Assembly: GCF_964194155.1 (NCBI RefSeq)
Contig: NW_027597459.1
Location: 1 to 64,000 of the forward strand
Length of the DNA: 64,000 bases
Source: Cetorhinus maximus
Taxonomy: Eukaryota
Direction of reading: 5' to 3'
Position numbers and translations under genes: made by a program. Of the stretch, positions 44,301-54,458 are shown piece by piece; position 1 is the first letter of the stretch, and every line of letters begins with the position of its first letter. The notes under the pieces are model-generated. The model had not been told where the DNA came from. It worked only from the letters and a program-made list of their open reading frames with translations, and ran no database searches.

Positions 44301-47300
44301 AGACCGAGATCGATAGATTTCTACGTAATAAAAACATCGAGGGATATGAGGAAAGCGTAGGAAAATGGTGTTGAAGTACAAGGTCTGCCATGATCTCATT
44401 TGTGAGCACGGAGGTTATTTTTTAATATTTTGGGGAATATTGTGTCATTTTGTAAAGAAGGGTGTGTGTGCGCGTGTCTATGATTTAAATAAGCTGGGCA
44501 AGAGATTGATAGGAGTCAGATTGTCGGGGGCGGGGGGGGGGTGGTTTTGAAACATGAAAAGGATAGAGGTGTTAAGTTTGAGGCACAAGTAAATAGGTTA
44601 GAACTAACATTTGCATTTTTAGATAAGTTGAGAGTTTGTTTGAGTATCAAAAGGGAGTCGGAGGCAACAAGAAACATGTTTGCATCTTGCAGGGGTTCCA
44701 TAGGTAAATAGTAGTGGGGATATATTTTATTGACCCGAAAGCAAAGACAAGATAGACATAAAAGATTTTAATATTGGGAAGGATTTGAATTTCAAAGAGG
44801 TGTGAGAACTGGAGATGAAAGGGGGAAAAAAAACAGTATTTTAGAGTTACTGAGGCGGGCTTAGCTAAAGAAAGCTGGAGCTGAGCTGGGAGCTATTAGC
44901 TCTGGGCTGGGAGGAAGGGCAGTTTGAATCAACCATCCAGTCAAGCCAGAAAAGTCTTGGGCTGCAACAAGCAGTTTTATTCTGAAGTGGTTTCCACTGC
45001 AGAGTGGAAGAGGGTAGAGGTCATGCGGTAGGCCTTTATTGAAGCTACAGCAGTTTGCCTTGTGTAATGTTACTGGATTTCTTTTATAGTTAACATCAAT
45101 AAGGGAGTGCTGCCTGGCCGGTGTGTATTAGTGGGTTTGACCAAGTAGAGGTTTTTTTTGAACGACTAACCTTAATTGTGTAACCGTAATCTTATGTGCT
45201 TAAGTTTTATTTTATTTTTGTAAATTAAAGTTCCAGAAGTGTTACTGGATCTCTTACTGCCAAGATCAGTACATCATCTTCTTGTTTTCAGAATACAAAA
45301 AAAACAAGGTCTGGCCTGTAAGCCAAGTTTCCCTCTGGGATTTGGTTTGTGCAGCAATTAACACTGGCTGTGGTCACAACACACTGGGGAGGCAATGGCA
45401 TAGTGGTACTGTCGCTAGTAATCCAGACACTCAGGGCAATGCTCTGGGGATCCAGGTTCAAATCCCGCCACGGAAGATGGTGGAATTCAACAGAAATCTG
45501 GAATTAAAAATCTATTGTGGGTTCACTAAATCTGGTCTACATGTGACTCCAGACCAAGCAATGTAATGGCTACAAAGTCTCAAAAACGAAATGAAACCGG
45601 ACGGATCACCCAGCATCGACCAAGGAAATGATAACAGCAAACTCAGCCCTCGTCAACCCTGCAGAGTCCTCCTTACATCTGGGGGCTAGTGGGAGAGCTG
45701 CCTCACGACATCCTGTCCCACCAACAGGACAGACTCAGCAGAGGTGGCGGCACAGTCGGAAGGGAGTTGCCCCGGGAGTCCTCCAGAAAGTCTCGTGGCA
45801 TCAGGTCAAACATGGGCAAGGAAACCTCCAGCTGATTACCACGTACCGCCCTCCCTCAGCTGATGAATCAGTGCTTCTCCATGTTGAACACCACTTGGAG
45901 GAAGCACTGAGGGTGGCAAGGGTGCAGAATGTACCCCTGGGTGGGGGACTTCAATGTCCATCACCAAGAGTGGCTCGGTAGCACCACTACTGGCCAAGTC
46001 CTAAAGGACATAGCTGTTAGATTGGGTCTGCGGCAGGTGGTAGAGGAACCTCACCAACCTGCCTGCATCTGTCCATGACAGTATTGGTAGGAGTGACCAC
46101 CGCACAGTCGTTGTGGAGACAATGTCCCAGCTTCACATCGAGGATACCCTTCATCGTATTGCGTTGCCCTACCACCATTCTAAATGGGATAGATTTCAAA
46201 CAGATCTAGCAACTCAAGACTGGGCAACCATGAGGCGCTGTGGGCCATCTGCAGCAGCAGAATTGTACTCAAACACAATCTGTAACCTCATGGCCCAGCA
46301 TAGCCCCCACTCTGCCATTACCATCAAGCCAGGGGACCAACCCTGGTTCAATGAAGAGTGCAGGAGGGCATGCCAGGAGCAGCACCAGGCATACCTAAAA
46401 ATGAGCTGTCAAACTGATGAAGCTACAACACAGGACTACTTGCGTGCCAAACAGCATAAGCAGCAAGTGACAGACAGAGCTAAGCAATCCCACAACCAAT
46501 GGGTCAGATCTAAGCTCTGCAGTCCTGCCACATCCAGCCGTGAATGGTGGTGGACAATTAAACAACTCACTGGAGGAGGAGGCTCCACAAATATCCCCAT
46601 CCTCAACGATGGGGGGGAGCCCAGCACATCAGTGCAAAAGGTAAGGCTGAAGCATTTGCTACAATCTTCAGCCAGAAGTGTTGAGTGGATGATCCATCTC
46701 AGCCTTCTCCAGAGGTCCCCAACATCACAGATGCCAGTCTTCAGCCAATTCAATTCACTCCACGTGACATCAAGAAATGGATGAAGGCACTGGATACGGC
46801 AAAGACTATGGGCCCTGACAATATTCCGCCAATAGTACTGACGGCTTGTGCTCCAGAACTTGCCAAGCTAAGGGGGTCATCAACAGTGCTATTAAGTGGC
46901 ATTTGCTTAGCAAAAACCTGCTCATTGACACCCTGTTTGGGTTCTGTCAGGCCACTCAGCTCCTAACCTCACTACAGCCTTGGTTCAAACATGGGCAATA
47001 GAGCTGACCTCCCAAGGTGAGGTGAGAGTGACTGCCCTTGACATCAAGGCAGCATTTGACCGAGTGTGGCATCAAGGAGCCCGAGCAAAACTGGAGTCAA
47101 TGGGAATCAGGGGGAAAACTCTCTTCTGGTTGGAGTATTACTGAGCACAAAGGAAGATGGCTGTGGTTGTTGATGGTCAATCATCTCAGCTCCAGGACAT
47201 CACTGCAGGAGTTCCTCAGAGTAGTGTCCTCAGCCCAACCATCTTCAGCTGCTTCATCAATGACCTTCCTTCCATCATAAGGTCAGAAGTGGGGATGTTC

Positions 47301-50059
47301 ACTGATGATTGCACAATGTTCAGCACCATTCGCAACTCCTCAGATACTGAAGCAGTCCATGTCCAAATGCAGTAAGACCAGGACAATATCCAGGCTTGGG
47401 CTGACAAGTGGCAAATAACATTCACACCACACAAGTGGCAATGACCATTTCCAACAAGAGAGAATCTAACCATCGCCCCATGACATTCAATGGCATTACC
47501 ATCGCTGAATCCCCCCACTAGCAACATCCTGGGGGTGTTACCATTGACCATAAACTAAACTGGACTAGCCAGACAAATACTGTGGCTACAAGAGCAGGTC
47601 AGAGGCTAGGAATCCTGCATTAGTAACTCACCTCCTGACTCCCCAAAGCCTTCCAACATCTACAAGGCACAAGTCAGGAATGTGACGGGAATATTCTCCA
47701 TTTGCCTGCATGAGTGCAGCTCTAACAACACTCAAGAAGCTCGACACCGTCCAGGACAAAGCAGCCCCGCTTGATTGGCACCACATCCACAAACATTCAC
47801 TCCCTCCACCACTGACACACAGTAGCAGCAGTGTTTACCATCTACAAGGTGCACATCAGGAACTCACCAAGTCTCCTTAGGCAGCACCTTCCAATCCCAC
47901 AACCACTACCATCTAGAAGGACAAGGGCAGCAGATAGGTGGGAACACCACCACCTGCAAGTTCCCCTATAAGCCACTCACCATCCTGACTTGGAAATATA
48001 TCGGCCGTTCCTTCACTGTCGCTGGGTCAAAATCCTGGAACTCCCTCCCTAACAACACTGTGGGTGTACCTACACCACAGGGACTGCAGCGGCTCAAGAA
48101 GGCAGCTCACCACCACCTTCTCAAGGGGCAATTAGGGATGGGCAGTAAATGCTGGGCCCAGCCAGCGAAGCCCACAGTCCCATGAATGAATAAAAAAATT
48201 TTTAAATAGTGGCGTGGGGTCAGAGGGCTGAATGGCCTACTCCTGCTCCTTTTTCTTATGCCCACCCTCTCAGAACCCATCACATTTCTGCCTTCCTTCA
48301 GTTCTGGGGCAAGAGTCATGTCGAACTCGAAACATCAACTCTGTTTCTCTCTCCGCAATGCAGATTAAATCAAGCAAGAACAATAGAATGGATCAGATTA
48401 CAACACGGGTCAACGCGATAAGAATCAAGATGATTAACAGAAACTAAGCTGGCAATGGGACTGAGGGGGAAATACTGAGAGGGAGGAGCCAAGTTTTACC
48501 AGGCAGCAAGGCACAGAGTCTTTGTAAGGCACAGATGAGGAAGGGCCCAGTCACTACTTGATGGATATGCTGAATATGCGCATAAAAATGGTGCGAGGGG
48601 AGGGGAATTCTGTCAGGTGACATGCTTTGATTGTGAGCGAGTATAAAAGTCAAGGCACCCCAGAGACCTGTTGCCAGCTTGGATTAAAGTCACTGAAGGT
48701 CAAGCTCAGAGTGTGAGGTCCATTGAACAGACCGCCTGCCTGTAAGTTAATAGACATATTCTGCTGCTTACTCACTATGAGCAATGTACTATTCGGTACA
48801 AATAAGGTAACAGCCAAAATCTTACAGGCTACACTCACAGAACCGGTACCCCAGTGAGAGTCAGTGTGACTGGGACCAATACTCCAGTTAGAGTCAGTGT
48901 GTGTGGGACCCGTACCCCAGTGAGAGTCGGTGTGTGTGGGACCCGTACCCCAGTGAGAGTCAGTGTGTGTGGGACCCGTACCCCAGTGACAGTCAGTGTG
49001 TGTGGGACCCGTACCCCAGTGAGAGTCAGTGTGACTGGGACCAATACTCCAGTTAGAGTCAGTGTGTGTGGGACCCGTACCCCAGTGAGAGTCAGTGTGT
49101 GTGGGACCCGTACCCCAGTGAGAGTCAGTGTGTGTGGGACCCGTACCCCAGTGAGAGTCAGTGTGTGTGGGACCCGTACCCCAGTGAGTCAGTGTGACTG
49201 GGACCAATACTCCAGTTAGAGTCAGTGTGTGTGGGACCCGTACCCCAGTGAGAGTCGGTGTGTGTGGAACCCGTACCCCAGTGAGAGTCAGCGTGTATGG
49301 GACCCGTACCCCAGTGAGAGTCGGTGTGTGTGGGACCAATACTCCAGTGAGAGTCAGTGTGTGTGGAACCCGTACACCAGTGAGAGTCAGTGTGACTGGG
49401 ACCAATACTCCAGTGAGAGTCAGTGTGTGTGGGATCCGTACTCAAGTGAGAGTCAGTGTGTGTGTGGGACCCGTACCCCAGTGAGAGTCAGTGTGTGTGT
49501 GTCCCGTACCCCAGTGAGAGTCAGTGTGTGTGGGACCCGTACCCCAGAGAGAGTCAGTGTGTGTGGGACCCGTACCCCAGTGAGAGTCAGTGTGTGTGGG
49601 ACCCATACCCCAGTGAGAGTCAGTGTGTGTGGGGCCCGTACCCCAGTGAGAGTCAGTGTGTGTGGGACCCGTACCCCAGTGAGAGTCAGTGTGTGTGGGA
49701 GCCGTACCCCAGTGAGAGTCAGTGTGCGTGGGACCTGTACCCCAGTGAGAGTCAGTGTGTGTGGGACCCATACCCCAGTGAGAGTCAGTGTGTGTGGGGC
49801 CCGTACCCCAGTGAGAGTCAGTGTGTGTGGGACCCGTACCCCAGTGAGAGTCAGTGCGTGTGTGGGACCCGTACCCCAGTGAGAGTCAGTGAGGATGCCA
49901 AGGCTGCATCCTGTGCCTAACGTTACCAATGAGTCGGTGATGAGCTGGGCCGGGGCCTGGGTACCTCCTTACCCGCACAATTTGTTGCTTCTCTGAAGGT
50001 GGCTCATAATCTCCCAGTACCTCCTTGACCACGTGTTTCCTCTTTGTCGCCTGGGACAT
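26169..50059 (-). CDS. EIF1AD: Probable RNA-binding protein EIF1AD (eIF1A domain), whole gene, 5 coding exons, 510 nt, 169 aa
   Basis: complement(join(26169-26331,38235-38276,39551-39659,40744-40852,49973-50059)): [113 protein letters not shown]; phases consistent. Confidence 0.96.
26345..26711 (-). mobile_element. L2 LINE 3' part (continues at 37576)
   Basis: Reverse of L2 end ([15 protein letters not shown]..); contains incipient copies of the 37-bp unit. Confidence 0.68.
27435..28010 (+). repeat. 33/30-bp tandem array GCGGGATAAAAGCGCGAGGCGAGCGGCGGAGAC at the CR1 5' end
   Basis: ~17-18 units; gives the [11 protein letters not shown] repeat ORF. Confidence 0.93.
27435..32315 (+). mobile_element. 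Near full-length CR1-clade LINE inserted in the Gypsy gag
   Basis: ORF1 from ATG 28365 ([13 protein letters not shown] zinc finger; SGNH esterase [21 protein letters not shown]) to 29294; ORF2 APE endonuclease (YYRPPN, GDFN, SDH) and RT ([25 protein letters not shown]) ~29430-32250 with several frameshifts/stops; (TTCTTTG)n tail. Confidence 0.95.
34434..35982 (+). mobile_element. Solo LTR of a related Gypsy subfamily, inserted in the integrase zinc-finger region
   Basis: TGTTAGG...GTGCCATAACA; colinear with the 3' LTR 36683-37575; flanks AGCA/AACA; host frame (FCR../TCQVLGKP) resumes after it. Confidence 0.82.
34760..35426. mobile_element. Penelope-like element remnant: inverted pLTR pair with 14-bp TSD
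   Basis: ~34795-35001 is the reverse complement of ~35217-35425; TTAGTGCTATGAGA duplicated at 34746-34759 and 35427-35440; hammerhead-like motif in each arm. Confidence 0.8.
37576..37920 (-). mobile_element. L2 LINE fragment (continuation of 26345-26711)
   Basis: [37 protein letters not shown]. Confidence 0.82.
38235..38276 (-). CDS. EIF1AD: EIF1AD coding exon 4
   Basis: CTCAAG| (W)[15 protein letters not shown]|GTGAGT; phase 2 to phase 2. Confidence 0.85.
38512..39331 (-). mobile_element. Deu-domain SINE with internal 33-bp tandem expansion
   Basis: Reverse of the Deu core and L2-like tail; array at 38847-39290. Confidence 0.72.
38847..39290 (+). repeat. 33-bp CpG-rich tandem array CCCTCCGACGGCGCGCCGCTCCCTCAGCGCTGA (~13 copies)
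   Basis: Head-to-tail units; [11 protein letters not shown] repeat ORF on minus. Confidence 0.94.
39551..39659 (-). CDS. EIF1AD: EIF1AD coding exon 3
   Basis: TTCAG| [38 protein letters not shown]|GTAAGA. Confidence 0.95.
40744..40852 (-). CDS. EIF1AD: EIF1AD coding exon 2
   Basis: CGCAG| [37 protein letters not shown]|GTACGG. Confidence 0.96.
40940..41355. mobile_element. Penelope-like inverted pLTR remnant with a central 22-bp repeat
   Basis: ~41005-41055 is the inverse of ~41268-41320; centre has 4-5 copies of CTGATTGGCTAGCAAGTTATCT (41093-41190). Confidence 0.62.
40993..41036 (-). ncRNA. Minimal type I hammerhead ribozyme motif
   Basis: Minus strand: CAUUUGUC-CUGAUGA-GU(GCAAG)AC-GAAA-AGCU-UC-GGCAACAUG; full core, helix I UUGUC/GGCAA, 2-bp helix II, 1-bp helix III with palindromic AGCU loop. 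Confidence 0.72.
41550..42140 (+). mobile_element. CR1 LINE 3' fragment (young subfamily)
   Basis: Near-identical to 12365-12970 in opposite orientation. Confidence 0.88.
42620..43040 (+). repeat. 33-bp tandem array GTACCCCAGTGAGAGTCAGTGTGTGTGGGACCC (~12 copies)
   Basis: [11 protein letters not shown] repeat ORF; same unit as 48845-49890. Confidence 0.94.
43050..44400 (+). mobile_element. Old, internally deleted CR1 LINE (ORF1 esterase remnant plus RT 3' half); tail resumes at ~48205-48260
   Basis: [20 protein letters not shown]; [17 protein letters not shown]; SKFADDTK. Confidence 0.82.
44401..45381 (+). mobile_element. Solo LTR
   Basis: TGTG...CACAACA ends; 3' part CAAGTTTCCCTCTGGGATTTGG resembles the other LTRs; flanks CATT/CACT; interrupts the CR1 tail. 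Confidence 0.65.
45386..48200 (+). mobile_element. Non-LTR retrotransposon (APE + RT, clade unassigned, RTEX-like) with tRNA-type 5' head, decayed
   Basis: A box 45396-45406, B box 45455-45466; [50 protein letters not shown]; tail TGAATGAATAAAAAAA. Confidence 0.85.
48845..49890 (+). repeat. 33-bp tandem array (~31 copies), same family as 42620-43040
   Basis: Unit GTACCCCAGTGAGAGTCAGTGTGTGTGGGACCC with interspersed variant GTGACTGGGACCAATACTCCAGTTAGAG. Confidence 0.95.
49973..50059 (-). CDS. EIF1AD: EIF1AD coding exon 1 (exon spans 49973-50103 with 5' UTR)
   Basis: [38 protein letters not shown] |GTAAGG; acceptor TTGCAG at 50104. Confidence 0.95.
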
Positions 50060-50199
50060 CTTGGGCTCTGGACAACACGTTCAGCTAGGAATCCAGTAAA
50101 AACCTGCAAGAAGAGACATAGGTGTGAATACAGGTCAGTGCCAGACTCTGGGCCAGGGTAATATCAGCAACTTGCATTTACCTAGTACCCCAGACTAGA

Positions 50200-50600
50200 G
50201 TTGAGAAGGATGAGAGGAGATCTAATTGAGGTATATAAGATGCTAAAGGGGATAGACAAAGTAGACGTGGAGCGGATGTTTCCCCTTGTGGGGCATTCTA
50301 GAACGAAAGGCCATAGTTTTAGGCTAAGGGGTGGTAGATTTAAATCAGAGATGAGGAGAAATTACTTTTCTCAAAGGGTCGTGAATCTGTGGAATTCATT
50401 ACCTCAGAGGGACGCTGAATAAATTTAAGGAGGAGATAGACAGATTTTTAATTAGTAACGGGTTGAAAGGTTATGAGGAGAGGGCGGAAAATTGGAGTTG
50501 AGGCCAAAATGAGGTCAGCCATGATCGTAATGAATGGTGGGGCAGGCTCGAGGGGCTGAATTGCCTACTCCTGCTCCTAGTTCTTATGTTCTTGTAAGAC
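50200..50600 (+). mobile_element. CR1 LINE 3' fragment
   Basis: [38 protein letters not shown]. Confidence 0.85.
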
Positions 50601-51009
50601 CCCCCTCCACCCCATTTAACTATGGCAGAAAAATCAGAGATGCCCCAGAGGCCAGATGCCGAGATCTCCGAAATTTGTGAAGCCAGCGGGGCTGGGTGGG
50701 GGGAGGGGGGTGTTACAGAAATAGGGATTGGGTGAAGCAATGGAGGGATTTGAAAACAAGGATGAAAGTTTTTTTTAGACGGAGGAGTTGCCAGACTGGG
50801 AGCCAGCATATGTCAGCGAGCACAAACTTTGGGGTGAATTTGCATTACAGGCTGGCAAAGGTTTGGACGATCTCAACGTTAGGGAGATGGGAGGGAAGGG
50901 AATAAGTGCAGGTAGTGCCCAGTCACTGGCTAATGATCCTGCACTAACAATCTGTATTTAGCAGTCAGATTATTAGGATTAAAAACTCCTGAAGTCAAGG
51001 ATTGATTGA

Positions 51010-51495
51010 ACTGAAATGAAAAACAGCAAGTGCTGGAAATAGTCAGCAGGTCCTGGGGGGGTGGGGCAGGAAAGAGAGTTTCAATTCCAGTTTTAATTTC
51101 AGGCCATGAATTCTGTCCACCATTTTGATTTTTTTTTAAACCATGTGCCAATCTGAATCTGTTTTTCAAGTTTTTGTTTTGCTTTCAGTCAGAGCCGTTC
51201 GTTATTCCATCATTCACACTCACTCTGGACCAATGCTTTGCTTCTTTAGTACACCCGTTATCATTTTTGTTCCATGACATATTTGTCATTTAATCTCTCC
51301 CACCCTCTACCCTATCCCAGGCCTTGATGATGTTCTTCCTACCCCCTCTTGACAGTTATAAAAATCCATCATAATTCTGCCTTCCTTTAGCTCTGAAGAA
51401 AAGTCATTCAATTTGAAACGTTAACTCAGTTCCTCTCCACAGAAGAGCTGCCAGACCTGCTGGGTATTTCCAGCAGCTGCGGTATTTTGCTTTTA
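51010..51495. mobile_element. Degenerate Penelope-like inverted remnant
   Basis: GCTGGAAATAGTCAGCAGGTC (~51032) is inverse to GACCTGCTGGGTATTTCCAGC (~51454); decayed CTGAAGA..GAAACGTTAACT motif at ~51393. Confidence 0.55.
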
Positions 51496-52342
51496 CTTCA
51501 GTTACTGAACTTGCTTTGAGCGAGATCCAGTAAGTGGATAAAAGTATCAGGCTGGAGGGGTTGCCAGGAAGTTTTGGGGGGGGGGGTGGGGAAGAGGAGA
51601 GGAAAGTCTCAGCAATGACTCCTGCGGACCACCCGGCAGTCTGTAGATTTCCCTTCCCTGGAGAGCGGTGGAGGCAGAGTTTTTTAAGATTTGGATATTT
51701 TTAAGGCAGAGGTAGATAGATTCTTGACTAACAAGCAAATCAAAGGTTACTGGGGGTAGACAGGAGAGCGCAGTTGAGGTCACAGTCAGATGCACCAAGA
51801 TCTTATTGAATGTGCAGCAGGCTCGAGAGGCCGAATGGCCTCCTCCTAATTCGTATGTTCACCCGAAATTGGCCTCAGCAGCTCGAGTCATCTAGGGTTC
51901 TGATACCCGATTCCTATTCCATTGATAAACTCAGATCATCCCACTCAAACCCCCACCCCAGTGTTTTTCTTTGTGGGATGGGGAGGGGAAGAGAGATCAT
52001 GAAATTTTAAACCTCCCTTTGTGGGAGTGAGTGCAGCCTGATTTCGCTGCTCAGACGGCCTAATTGTTAAAGATGATGGGACCCAAGACGAGGACCTCGT
52101 CTTAATCCCCAGCACCAGAGGAAAAGGCCCCTCTCTATTTCCCCCATCGAGGGCCCGGGGACTGTGGGAACGGTCCAATCAGGAGGGAACAAAGTGATGG
52201 GGTGAGGGCTTCCACAGCCGAAGATCTGAGGCAGGGAGCCTGGGTTAAAAACCGGTGGAAGATTTCAGAAGCTCCCCCAGGGGCAGGTGCAAGGGGCCGC
52301 CCCAGATTCAGGAGAGCCCGCACACCGGCTACCACCACTCAC

Positions 52343-52420
52343 CTGGCTTCTGCTGCCTCCATGGTCGCTCAGCGGGACATCCGGTCCGACGTCCTTTTTA
52401 TTCCGCGCGAAGGCTTCCGG
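52343..52420 (-). other. EIF1AD: Predicted EIF1AD non-coding first exon (5' end undefined)
   Basis: Consensus donor CAG|GTGAGT at 52342 on minus, at the edge of the CpG island. Confidence 0.6.
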
Positions 52421-52930
52421 TCCGGCCTCGCTTCCATTCCCCCACTTCCGGCCCGTCCACTCCTTTCCTTCCCCCGTCCGCTTCCGGTCGATTCCCTTCT
52501 CTGCTCTGTCCTCGCTTCCCTTCCCCCAGTCCACTTCCGGACCGTCTTCCCCACCGGACATCCGGCCCCATCTCTTTTGTATTCCCCTCCTCCCTTCCCC
52601 CCCGCCTCCTCATCCAACTTCCGCCTGCGGCCGCAATCCGGCGCTGACTTCAATCGCTGGGAATCCACCGGGGCTGTGGGCGACGGGACGGGACGCGGAT
52701 CCTTACATTTCCAGGTGGGAACCAAAGTGAAGCAGCGGCTGAGGACTGGACAGCGCCCGCCCGGGAGGGTTTAAAGGGAGAGGGAGGTGGGGGCGAGTCC
52801 TGACCCGGAAGCTTTTCTTTGGCGGCAGCGGCGGGAGGAGGAGGAGGAGGTGCGGAGAGAGAGAGAGAGACCCCGACCCGGGGTCCGCGGGCTAGGTCTG
52901 GGAGGTGAAGGAGAGCGGGAGATGGTGCGG
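52370..52930. promoter_or_regulatory. Bidirectional CpG-island promoter of EIF1AD/BANF1 with clustered ETS/GABP sites
   Basis: CCGGAAG (either strand) at 52414, 52445, 52481, 52534, 52805; CCGGATGT variants at ~52377 and ~52558; no TATA. Confidence 0.82.
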
Positions 52931-53029
52931 AGCTGAGGGCAGCCCCTCCCCCCCCCCCCACTTCGCGACTGTGCTGCCTCCTGCAGTCGAATAGCTGGGG
53001 AGGGGCGGGGTGGATGTGTGGGTCTAGGT

Positions 53030-53840
53030 GGGGATGGGGGGGTGGTGAGGGTTTGGGGGGGATGGGGGGGTGGTGAGGGTTTGGGGGGGTTGGTGGGGGT
53101 GGTGAGGGTTTGGGGGGGGGGTGGTGAGGGTTTGGGGGGGGGTGGTGAGGGTTTGGGGGGGTTGGTGGGGGTGGTGAGGGTTTGGGGGGGGGTGGTGAGG
53201 GTTTTGGGGGGGGGGTGGTGAGTGGTGAGGGGGGGTAGTGAGTGGTGAGGGGGGGTGAGTGGTGAGGGGGGGTGAGTGGTGAGGGGGGGTGAGTGGTGAG
53301 GGGGGGTGAGTGGTGAGGGGGGGTGAGTGGTGAGGGGGGGTGAGTGGTGAGTGGTGGGGGGGGTGGTGGTGAGTGGTGGGGGGGGTGGTGGTGAGTGGTG
53401 GGGGGGGTGGTGGTGAGTGGTGGGGGGGGTGGTGGTGAGTGGTGGGGGGGGTGGTGGTGAGGGTGGGGGGTGGTGATGAGTTGGGGGGGTGTTGGGGGGG
53501 GTGTGGTGAGTGTGGGTGTTGGGGGGGGTGTGGTGAGTGTGGGGGTTGGGGGGGGGTGGTGAGTGTGGGGGTTGGGGGGGGTGGTGAGTGTGGGTGTTGG
53601 GGGGGGTGTGGTGAGTGTGGGGGTTGGGGGGGGGTGGTGAGTGTGGGGGTTGGGGGGGGTGGTGAGTGTGGGGGTTGGGGGGGGTGGTGAGTGTGGGGGT
53701 TGGGGGGGGGTGGTGAGTGTGGGGGTTGGGGGGGGGTGGTGAGTGTGGGGGTTGGGGGGGGTGGTGAGTGTGGGGGTTGGGGGGGGTGGTGAGTGTGGGG
53801 GGTTGGGGGGGTGGTGAGGGGTTGGGGGGGATGGGGTGGT
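53030..53840 (+). repeat. G-rich low-complexity array (GGGGTTGGGGGGGGTGGTGAGTGT-like) in BANF1 intron 1
   Basis: Almost only G/T/A; source of the spurious Pro/His/Thr ORFs on minus. Confidence 0.92.
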
Positions 53841-54335
53841 TTGTGTGTCGTCCGCCTGCTCACAGCCTCTTCTGACCTTTGCTTTAGCCTGAGCCTCACC
53901 CGCCCCCGCCCCCCCCCCCTCCCTTGCGCCTATTCGAGGCAGGAGACTCCCATTTCCTGCAGCACATTCCTGAGCTTGTCCCTGCCCAGGTGGAAGCGGT
54001 TCCCGATTCGTTTTCTTTAAAAAGAAACACACACACGCACAGGTGGAGAGATCTGCTGGCCCCAGGACTCAGCTGGTGTGTCCATTGGCCGTGGCTAAGT
54101 GGCTGGCGCTCCCACCTCGGGGTTAGCTTGTGGATTCGAGCCCCCATCTCAAAAGATTTGAGGACAGGAAATCCAAGCTGACACAGACAGACAAACTGCT
54201 TGGTTTAACTCTGGAGCCTCACTAACGTAGGGGAAGTCGCTTCTCAAAGGGAATACAAGCCTGTGTTAATTGTCTTTGTGATTTCACCCTCTTAAACCCT
54301 GACATTGTTCTGATTTTGTTCGCCACAGCAGCACA

Positions 54336-54458
54336 ATGACAACTTCACAGAAGCACCGAGACTTTGTGGCTGAGCCCATGGGGGAGAAGTCAGTGAAGTG
54401 CCTGGCGGGAATCGGGGAGGCCCTCGGGAAAAGACTGGAGGAACAGGGATTTGACAGG
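54336..54458 (+). CDS. BANF1: BANF1 coding exon 1
   Basis: CACAG|CAGCACA ATG ... GFDR |GTAGGT. Confidence 0.96.

Noticed and set aside
48845-49890. CRISPR-like regular 32-38 bp repeats
   Set aside because: Units are contiguous with no unique spacers and no cas genes; eukaryotic intron.
52650-54032. 460-aa and 291-aa extensin-like ORFs
   Set aside because: Artefacts of the G-rich array and CpG island.
54326-54331. NAGNAG acceptor (CAGCAG) before the BANF1 ATG
   Set aside because: Changes only 3 nt of 5' UTR; common.
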